From an uncultured Smithella sp. (GTDB lineage: Bacteria; Desulfobacterota; Syntrophia; Syntrophales; Smithellaceae), in the NCBI GenBank assembly GCA_964351355.1, contig CAYGNV010000004.1, positions 1 through 33,667 of the forward strand: a stretch of 33,667 bases of DNA, read 5' to 3'. Under the pieces are notes generated by a model that did not search any database, was not told the DNA's origin, and saw only the letters and a program-made list of their open reading frames with translations. Below, one piece after another: positions 19,052 to 25,041 of the stretch (position 1 is the stretch's first letter; every line of letters begins with the position of its first letter). Both the position numbers and the translations under genes were made by a program.

Positions 19052-21172
19052 TTATTCCAGAATGCTGGCGACTTTAAAGTAATTGCCCTTAACCGAAGGC
19101 GCGCTCTTGAGCAACTTGCCTGTTTGTGACAGGGCCGAGCGTTTTTCTTCAGTTCCCGGGCGCGTGCGGTTGGCGACAGGGACAACCGTGCAGATCGGCT
19201 CTTCGCTGCCCGCCTTTTCGGCGGCAAGCCCTGCCAGCTTTCCGGCCTGAACAAGCATCTCCTCCATTCCGGGGCGCTCTTCTGCCGTAATGCCGATGCG
19301 CGACACCCAGGACAGATGATCGATCTGGTTTTCCTTTTCGGCTGTTCCGGGCAAAACATCCTGGCCGCCCAGATTCAACAGCCCCAATTCGGCCAGCTGC
19401 TCGCGTTTCACCGCAGAGGGCGCGCCGGTCAGGGGACAGCTGGCGCTGCGGTTTTTGGGAAAAGCGATCACCTCGCGGATAGACGGGGTTTGCAGAATCA
19501 TCGACACGGTGCGGTCCATGCCAAGGGCCAGCCCGCCATGCGGCGGTGCGCCGAAATCAAAAGCCCGCAGGAAAAAGCCGAACTTTTCCTTGGTCTCTTC
19601 TTCAGTCAGTCCCAGCGAGGCAAATATTTTGCGTTGCACATCGCGGTCGTTGATGCGGATGCTGCCGCCGCCCAGTTCCTCGCCGTTCATGACCAGATCG
19701 TAGGCTCGTGAGCGCAGCGTCAGCAGTTCTTCAATATTTTTCGGATCGAAATCGATGCGGTCCGGTGCGGTAAACGGATGGTGGCTGGAGGTGACACCCC
19801 CTTCATCGGTGGGTTCAAACAGCGGGAATTCCGTGACCCAGACCGGATAAAAGCTATTGGCGGGAATGAGCCCCAAACGATTCGCCAGATGCAGGCGCAA
19901 TTGGCCGAGTACCGACGTGACAATGCTGTATGAGGGATCGGCGATCATAATCAGGACATCCCCGTCGGCCACGTCGAATTTTTTATGCAACGATTCCAAT
20001 TCCTGTTTGCTGAAAAACTGAACGATATTGGATTCGAGTTTTCCGCCTTCGGCGCGCATCCAGGTCATGCCCTTGGCGCCGAATGACGGCGCGATTTCCT
20101 TGGCATATTCATTTTGCAGGACATTCTTACTAAGCTTTTCGGACTGGCCTTTTATGTTGATGCCCTTGATGCAGCCGCCGCGCTGCATCATCTGGCGGAA
20201 GATCGAATAATTCGTTTTCAAAAACACATCCGTCACATCGACAAAACGCAGGCCGAAGCGCAGATCGGGGCGGTCGGAGCCGGTCGTGTCCATCGCCTCC
20301 GCATAGCTCATGCGGGCGAAGGGCCGGGAAAGCGCAATGCCGCCGACGGCGAACATCTTGACGGTCAGTTCTTCAATCAGGTCATAGAGAAATTCTTCAT
20401 CAATGAAAGAGGCTTCAATGTCAAGCTGGGTAAATTCCGGCTGCCGGTTGGGACGCAGATCTTCATCGCGGAAGCAGCGCGCCAGCTGAAAATAGCGTTC
20501 CATGCCGCCGATCATGAGCAGTTGTTTGAAGAGCTGCGGCGACTGGGGGAGAGCGTAAAAATTCTGCGGATGGACGCGGCTGGGCACCAGGTAATCGCGT
20601 GCGCCTTCGGGTGTGCTTGCCGTCAATACCGGCGTTTCGATTTCCAGAAAGCCCCTGGAGTCGAGAAACTCTCGGACGCATTGAAATATGCGGTGCCGGG
20701 CCATGAGATTGTCCCGCATCTGCGGACGACGGATATCCAGATACCGGTACTGGAGCCTTAAGTCCTCAGCCACGTTATCTGCACCCGCGGTAGCCGCGCC
20801 TGCGACCATGGCTTTGTCGGAAACGGCAAAAGGCAGAGCGTCCGATTCGGAAAGCACAGTCAACTCCGTGACCATCACTTCAATATTTCCTGTTTCGATG
20901 TTTGGATTTTCCGCGCCATCGAGCCGCTTTTTGACTTCGCCCGAAACCGCGATGCAATATTCGGCGCGCAGCGCGCCCGCCTTCTGGCAGACGTCTGCTG
21001 CCAAGACTTCGGGGCTGAACATTATCTGCATAATGCCGCTGCGGTCACGCAGATGGATAAACAGCAGGCCGCCGTGATCCCGGAAGGCATCCACCCAGCC
21101 GCAAAGCAGCACCCTGCGTCCGACATCATCGGCAGTCACTTGCCCGCAAAAGACACGTTGGGAAAAAAGCAT
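19052..21172 (-). CDS. aspS: aspartate--tRNA ligase (bacterial type with GAD insertion) fused to a C-terminal GatC-like domain
   Basis: The AspRS core includes FIHLRDRSG, LRLQYRYLDIRR, FLEIETPVLT.STPEGARDYLVPSR, FYALPQSPQLFKQLLM, RCFRDEDLR.NRQPEFTQLD and GGLALGMDR. After about aa 598 come an 18-aa linker and 90 aa (IDHLSWVSRIGITAEE...EP...NRTRPGT...LLKSAPSVKGNYFKVASILE) resembling GatC. The total is 706 aa, versus about 590-600 for typical bacterial AspRS. Confidence 0.85.
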   Translation of the reverse strand: MLFSQRVFCGQVTADDVGRRVLLCGWVDAFRDHGGLLFIHLRDRSGIMQIMFSPEVLAADVCQKAGALRAEYCIAVSGEVKKRLDGAENPNIETGNIEVMVTELTVLSESDALPFAVSDKAMVAGAATAGADNVAEDLRLQYRYLDIRRPQMRDNLMARHRIFQCVREFLDSRGFLEIETPVLTASTPEGARDYLVPSRVHPQNFYALPQSPQLFKQLLMIGGMERYFQLARCFRDEDLRPNRQPEFTQLDIEASFIDEEFLYDLIEELTVKMFAVGGIALSRPFARMSYAEAMDTTGSDRPDLRFGLRFVDVTDVFLKTNYSIFRQMMQRGGCIKGINIKGQSEKLSKNVLQNEYAKEIAPSFGAKGMTWMRAEGGKLESNIVQFFSKQELESLHKKFDVADGDVLIMIADPSYSIVTSVLGQLRLHLANRLGLIPANSFYPVWVTEFPLFEPTDEGGVTSSHHPFTAPDRIDFDPKNIEELLTLRSRAYDLVMNGEELGGGSIRINDRDVQRKIFASLGLTEEETKEKFGFFLRAFDFGAPPHGGLALGMDRTVSMILQTPSIREVIAFPKNRSASCPLTGAPSAVKREQLAELGLLNLGGQDVLPGTAEKENQIDHLSWVSRIGITAEERPGMEEMLVQAGKLAGLAAEKAGSEEPICTVVPVANRTRPGTEEKRSALSQTGKLLKSAPSVKGNYFKVASILE

Positions 21173-21202
21173 GAGAATCGTCCTTTCTATTCAAACAGTT
21201 GA

Positions 21203-21235
21203 GGCACAAATTTGTGTATGCGACAAATTTGTGCC
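21203..21235. promoter_or_regulatory. 13-bp perfect inverted repeat, 7-nt spacer, 31-63 bp upstream of the aspS start (operator or 5'-UTR hairpin candidate)
   Basis: GGCACAAATTTGT-gtatgcg-ACAAATTTGTGCC. Each arm itself contains the palindrome ACAAATTTGT. Confidence 0.3.
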
Positions 21236-21345
21236 GCGAAGCGTATCAAAACTGTTCTGATGTTTCAAGGTTTTAAAGCTGAAACTGACAAGAAAAAAAC
21301 TCAGTTTTTTCCGACAGGCAGGAGTTCGCTGAATTTGATATTTTG

Positions 21346-21399
21346 CTCGTTCCCAATCTCCAGCTTATTTACTCGTTCCCAATCTCCAGCTTGGGAACG
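21346..21399. repeat. tandem 21-nt direct repeat (26-bp period); the second copy forms a 9-bp hairpin (REP-like element)
   Basis: CTCGTTCCCAATCTCCAGCTT occurs at 21346-21366 and 21372-21392. CGTTCCCAA-tctccagc-TTGGGAACG spans 21374-21399. Confidence 0.6.
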
Positions 21400-21491
21400 G
21401 CCTTGTTCTTGAAGCTCTGCTTCCCGTCATTCTCGCTCAATTACGAGAAACTTAGTATTTTAGGTTCACTCTGTCCCTCATATTTCCAACA

Positions 21492-21519
21492 ACTTAATTA
21501 CTTAAGGGCGTCCCCATTG
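21492..21519 (+). repeat. 28-bp repeat, copy 1 (direct)
   Basis: ACTTAATTACTTAAGGGCGTCCCCATTG, 94 bp upstream of the brnT start. Identical to copy 2. Confidence 0.85.
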
Positions 21520-21577
21520 CCCCCCTTGGGCAGCTCCGGCTCAGCTCTACGTTATGCCAAAATACTCAATTTAAATC

Positions 21578-21606
21578 TTGACAACTGTATATGATGTATA
21601 TATGCT
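21578..21606 (+). promoter_or_regulatory. candidate promoter of brnTA
   Basis: TTGACA (21578-21583), a 17-nt spacer, then TATGCT (21601-21606). This would give a very short or absent leader before ATG 21613. The spacer contains the repeated tgtata/tatatg. Confidence 0.35.
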
Positions 21607-21612
21607 TAATTT

Positions 21613-21951
21613 ATGACAGAAGAAAAAGACAAATTAGATATCCTGTTAAAGTGTACAGGTTTTGAATGGGATGAACATAATTCTAATAAAATTTGGATTA
21701 AACACCATGTTTCTCCTTCCGAATGTGAGCAGACATTTTTTAATATCCCTTTAATAATTTTTGACGATATAGATCACTCTGCCACAGAGAAACGCTACTA
21801 TGCACTTGGCTATACTGATGGGATAAAATATTTATTTATCGCTTTTACTTTAAGAAATAAAAAAATCCGTGTAATTTCTGCCAGAGATATGAATCGAAAA
21901 GAAAGGAAAGAATATGAGCTCCATAAAGAAAATACCAAAATTCAAAAGTGA
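21613..21951 (+). CDS. brnT: BrnT family toxin (DUF497)
   Basis: FEWDEHNSNKIWIKHHVSPSECEQTFFN ... YALGYTDGIKYLFIAFTLRNKKIRVISARDMNRKERKEY is the typical DUF497/BrnT layout. 112 aa. Confidence 0.8.
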   Translation: MTEEKDKLDILLKCTGFEWDEHNSNKIWIKHHVSPSECEQTFFNIPLIIFDDIDHSATEKRYYALGYTDGIKYLFIAFTLRNKKIRVISARDMNRKERKEYELHKENTKIQK

Positions 21952-22186
21952 AGATGAAGAAAGAACTTTTTGGGCAACACATGATTCAACAGAATATATG
22001 AATTGGAAAAAAGCAAAAAAAGTTATGTTATCAAATCTTAAACCTTCGGTAAAATCAATTTCACTTCGTCTCCCTGAATCAATGATTGAAGAGCTTAAGC
22101 TTCTTGCAAATAAAAAAGATGTTCCATATCAGTCTTTGTTAAAGATATTTCTTGCGGAAAGAATCGGAGAAGAATTGAAAATTTAA
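21914..22186 (+). CDS. brnA: BrnA family antitoxin (RHH/CopG-like)
   Basis: IPKFKSEDEERTFWATHDSTEYM ... ISLRLPESMIEELKLLANKKDVPYQSLLKIFLAERI is the typical BrnA. It overlaps the brnT 3' end. Confidence 0.8.
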   Translation: MSSIKKIPKFKSEDEERTFWATHDSTEYMNWKKAKKVMLSNLKPSVKSISLRLPESMIEELKLLANKKDVPYQSLLKIFLAERIGEELKI

Positions 22187-22190
22187 AATT

Positions 22191-22257
22191 GCATAACAAT
22201 GCGCTGCACGGGATCGGCGCGCAAGCGCGCCTCCCCGTGAGCTCCGTCGTTAGGATA
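22191..22257 (+). other. attC-like imperfect palindrome directly after the brnA stop
   Basis: Outer TAAC (22194-22197) pairs with GTTA (22249-22252). Inner stems are CACGGG/CCCGTG (22207-12 / 22234-39) and GGCGCG/CGCGCC (22216-21 / 22226-31), with unpaired bases between them. Span is about 63 bp. GCATAAC ... GTTAGGA approximates RYYYAAC ... GTTRRRY. Confidence 0.3.
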
Positions 22258-22262
22258 ATAGA

Positions 22263-22340
22263 ATGATAAAATCGATTGAAACCAAGTATAAAGAAATCAA
22301 ATTTCGAAGTAGATTAGAAGCACGGTGCACATTCCGATGA
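22263..22340 (+). pseudogene. 25-codon remnant of a gene with the YK..FRSRLEAR(W) N-terminal motif
   Basis: MIKSIETKYKEIKFRSRLEARCTFR-stop. The motif ...FRSRLEARWA.FFD opens a family of phage/plasmid nuclease-like proteins as I recall it. Here the ORF ends where a 23-bp tandem repeat begins. Confidence 0.35.
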
Positions 22341-22341
22341 A

Positions 22342-22379
22342 ATCGGCCGGCTGTTCCGGGTGAAAACGGCCGGCTGTTC
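22342..22379. repeat. imperfect tandem repeat, 23-bp period
   Basis: ATCGGCCGGCTGTTC (22342-22356) and AACGGCCGGCTGTTC (22365-22379). Confidence 0.6.
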
Positions 22380-22409
22380 TGATGCAAATCAGCCACCCTT
22401 TGAGTAGTT

Positions 22410-22455
22410 ACTTAATTACTTAAGGGCGTCCCCATTGGTCCCATTGGTCCCCGAT
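22410..22455 (+). repeat. 28-bp repeat, copy 2 (direct), followed by two further GTCCC(C)ATTG-type iterations
   Basis: ACTTAATTACTTAAGGGCGTCCCCATTG at 22410-22437, then GTCCCATTG and GTCCCCGAT. It lies 91 bp upstream of the antitoxin start. Confidence 0.85.
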
Positions 22456-22527
22456 AGCCTGCTGAGAGACGCCAAAGCCAAAAAAGCTTACGCAGGACAA
22501 GGACAAGTATCTTAAGAGAGGTATTCT

Positions 22528-22755
22528 ATGAACACTGCACAAACCACGGAAAACATTAGCCACCAGGAACTTACTCTCCTGGAAAAACTTCGGGTGTTGC
22601 CCCCGGATAGAGTTCATGAGGTAGAGGATTTTGTCGATTTTCTGAGGCTTGCAGATGAAGACCGGCGGCTGATCCGGGAAGCGGCAAAGCTATCCGAAAA
22701 TGCTTTTTCTGCTGTGTGGGATAATCCGGAGGATGCCGCATATGACCGGCTATGA
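22528..22755 (+). CDS. antitoxin (DUF2281-like) of the MazF/PemK module
   Basis: 75 aa. LRVLPPDRVHEVEDFVDFL is typical of small DUF2281-type antitoxins. It overlaps the toxin start by 14 nt. Confidence 0.65.
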   Translation: MNTAQTTENISHQELTLLEKLRVLPPDRVHEVEDFVDFLRLADEDRRLIREAAKLSENAFSAVWDNPEDAAYDRL

Positions 22756-23080
22756 GTTCGGCGACATCGTTCTGATACCTTTTCCATTCACCGATCAAAC
22801 AACAACTAAGAAACGGCCTGCCGTGGTGGTCAGCTCAGCGGCTTATCATCGTTATCATCCCGACATTATTCTCATGGCCATAACCAGTCAGGTAAAATCA
22901 AGCATGGCGTGCGGCGAAGTATTACTGACCCAATGGAAAGCCGCCGGTCTTCTTAAACCGTCCGTCATAAAACCCGTCTTCACAACCGTAGAAAAAAATC
23001 TTGTCATAAAAAGTCTGGGGCAACTCCACGAAGATGATCAGCAAGCCCTCAAAAAAGCCTTACAGATTATTCTGGGATAA
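22742..23080 (+). CDS. mazF: type II toxin, MazF/PemK family endoribonuclease
   Basis: From ATG 22742: MTGYEFGDIVLIPFPFTDQTTTKKRPAVVVSS...ILMAITSQV...LKPSVIKPVFTTVEKNLV. This is the PemK/MazF SH3-like fold signature (G.I....FPF.D....K.RPA.V.S). 112 aa. Confidence 0.85.
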   Translation: MTGYEFGDIVLIPFPFTDQTTTKKRPAVVVSSAAYHRYHPDIILMAITSQVKSSMACGEVLLTQWKAAGLLKPSVIKPVFTTVEKNLVIKSLGQLHEDDQQALKKALQIILG

Positions 23081-23153
23081 CAAACAGCAGTGTTTAATCG
23101 AATGGTGCGTCTGCATCCTCGGGCTGCACCGGCACGTGTGACCTTTAGGTTAT

Positions 23154-23179
23154 GTCAGATAATGCCGGTATTATCTGAC
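23154..23179. repeat. 10-bp perfect stem-loop
   Basis: GTCAGATAAT-gccggt-ATTATCTGAC, in the non-coding stretch after mazF. Confidence 0.5.
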
Positions 23180-23301
23180 GTGGCTTGACGTCATGCTGCT
23201 TGCGCGAGTCGTCGTTGCGAGGCTCCCCTTGGGAGACGTGGCAATCTCTGTAATCAGCACGCCGTCAAGCTTCCCTCGCTCTCGTTTTTACATAAGGGCA
23301 T

Positions 23302-23440
23302 CAATGGGGACGCCCTTAACTAATTAAGTTTACAATATAAGTATTTGTATTTAAAAGATGATTCATGATCAGACCAGCGATACTTAGAGTGTAATGGGGG
23401 ACGTTCTATTTATTGAAAGAGAGGTTGATAATCGGGGACG
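23302..23440 (-). repeat. 28-bp repeat, copy 3 (inverted, 27/28), plus two further AAT(N)GGGGACG iterations
   Basis: CAATGGGGACGCCCTTAACTAATTAAGT at 23302-23329 is the reverse complement of copies 1 and 2 with one mismatch. TAATGGGGGACG lies at 23392-23403 and TAATCGGGGACG at 23429-23440. Confidence 0.8.
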
Positions 23441-23589
23441 TTGTGTTCCGCACTGCTTTCTGACCCCATTTCTTCCTCAAGCGTCCTCCTGGCACAAAAT
23501 AGATTTGTAACGATTCTGGAAAAGATGACCGTATCGGTTGTGCCGCCGCAGGATTTTCTATCGTTGTTTCCCAAAGAGAATCTCAATTT

Positions 23590-25041
23590 TTATTGATCCC
23601 TTGTTGCGGGTTTGGCGCCTTTCGTCTGGATGCTTTTTTGAGTGTCTGCCGACCACCCGCCACCTAGCGCTTTTATCAGCAAAGCGGCCGCTCTCATACG
23701 CTGGCCGTTGATGCTGATGGCTGTCCTTTCATTAGACAAGGCAAATGTCTGGGCGACGACCACGCTCAGGTAGCTGACAATACCGGCTCGATACTGGTTG
23801 GTTGTGAGCTGGACGGACTCGCGCGCGGCTTGGACGGCCTCCTGTTGCACCCGGGCTTCTTCCTCCAGAATCCGCAGCGCGGCCAGATTGTCTTCCACGC
23901 TCTGGAAAGCCGTGAGCACGGTCTGTCTGTAATAGGCCACCGTGCCGTCATATGCCGCCTGGGCCTGGTCGGTCTTTGCCTGACGCGCTCCGCCATCAAA
24001 TATTGTCGCAGCCGCGACCAAAGGGCCTATGGCCCAGAAAAAATGAGGCGATGTAAACAGGTTGGCCAGTTCTACGCCTTGATAACCCAGCGATCCTGAA
24101 AGCGTGATCGAAGGATAGTAGGCCGCCTTGGCCACCCCGATCTGGGCGTTGGCTGCCGCCATTTTTCTTTCTGCCGAGGCGATATCCGGCCGGCGCTCCA
24201 GCAAGTCGGAGGGAAGGCTCACCGGTATCTTGATAGGCGGCCATTGGAATTCAGCGGGCGGCAGTGTAAGGTCTGCGGGCGGCTTCCCCGTCAGAATTGC
24301 AATGGCATGTTCCAGCTGAGCGCGATAAATACCGAGGTCCATCGCTTGAGCCTCTACCGATTTCAGTTGCATCCGGGCCTGAACAGTGTCTGCTTTTGCC
24401 GCGACGCCCGCATTGTATCGGTTTTCCGTCAGCTTCAGCGCTTTTTCGTAGGCTGCGACCGCCTCGTCAAGATTTTTTTTCTGTTCATCAATCATTCGCA
24501 ACTGGTAATAGTTGAGCGCCAGTTCCGTCTGCATGGACAACCGCATGGCCTGGAGGTCAGCAAATGAGGCCTGCGTGGAAGCATGGCCCGCCTCCACCTG
24601 GCGCCGCACTTTTCCCCAGATATCCAATTCCCATGAAGCGCCAAGCGACAGCTGATGGACATTGGCGATGTCACGCCCTGTTGAGGGTCCGCGAGACCGC
24701 TGGTAGGCGGTATCTGCGCCTACGACGGGAAAATATTTTGATCTGGCCAGTTGAATTTGCGCCATGGCCTGGCGGTATTGTGTCTCCGCAAGGGCGATAG
24801 ACTGGTTGGAAACATTAACCTGTTCCACAAGCCCATTCAGGACGGGATCGTTGAACATTTCCCACCATTTTCCCCGGGCGGTGTCGTCTTGCGGCTGGGC
24901 CTGTTTCCAGCCCTTGATCTCCTTAAAGGCAGCCGGCACGTCGGTTTCCGGCCTGGCATAATTCGGCCCCACCGAGCAGGATGACAGGAGGAACGGGGCA
25001 ATGACCGCGGCCGCCATCATGAGAAGAAGCGGCTTGGGCAT
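23590..25041 (-). CDS. RND efflux outer-membrane factor lipoprotein (NodT family), in frame with and not separated by a stop from upstream mdtC
   Basis: MPKPLLLMMAAAVIAPFLLSSCSVGPNYARPE is a signal peptide with lipobox LSSC plus the canonical GPNY.RP start of NodT OMFs. 483 aa from ATG 25041. Confidence 0.85.
   Translation of the reverse strand: MPKPLLLMMAAAVIAPFLLSSCSVGPNYARPETDVPAAFKEIKGWKQAQPQDDTARGKWWEMFNDPVLNGLVEQVNVSNQSIALAETQYRQAMAQIQLARSKYFPVVGADTAYQRSRGPSTGRDIANVHQLSLGASWELDIWGKVRRQVEAGHASTQASFADLQAMRLSMQTELALNYYQLRMIDEQKKNLDEAVAAYEKALKLTENRYNAGVAAKADTVQARMQLKSVEAQAMDLGIYRAQLEHAIAILTGKPPADLTLPPAEFQWPPIKIPVSLPSDLLERRPDIASAERKMAAANAQIGVAKAAYYPSITLSGSLGYQGVELANLFTSPHFFWAIGPLVAAATIFDGGARQAKTDQAQAAYDGTVAYYRQTVLTAFQSVEDNLAALRILEEEARVQQEAVQAARESVQLTTNQYRAGIVSYLSVVVAQTFALSNERTAISINGQRMRAAALLIKALGGGWSADTQKSIQTKGAKPATRDQ

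Larger units (their letters stand above)
21180..23589. other. repeat-rich accessory island with two toxin-antitoxin modules between aspS and the efflux operon
   Basis: It has low coding density, several repeat families, two TA pairs, one truncated gene fragment, and lower GC than its flanks. Confidence 0.6.

Noticed and set aside
21173-21340. T-box riboswitch in the aspS leader
   Set aside because: No specifier loop, AGAGA or T-box (GGTGGTACCGCG-like) sequence is visible, and the leader is short.
21489-21556. Possible attC site upstream of brnT ending at GTTATGC
   Set aside because: I could not fold it into a coherent imperfect palindrome. It is better described as copy 1 of the 28-bp repeat.
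22420-22617. 65-aa minus-strand ORF across the 28-bp repeat and antitoxin start
   Set aside because: It overlaps repeat DNA and the antitoxin gene, and it has no motifs or RBS.
23081-23150. Possible second attC site after mazF (..AAC ... GTTATG)
   Set aside because: Only a short GGTGC/GCACC stem pairs. The outer arms do not base-pair, and the R' box (GTTATGT) deviates from consensus.
21346-23440. CRISPR array
   Set aside because: The repeats occur only 2-3 times with irregular spacing and mixed orientation, and there are no cas genes.
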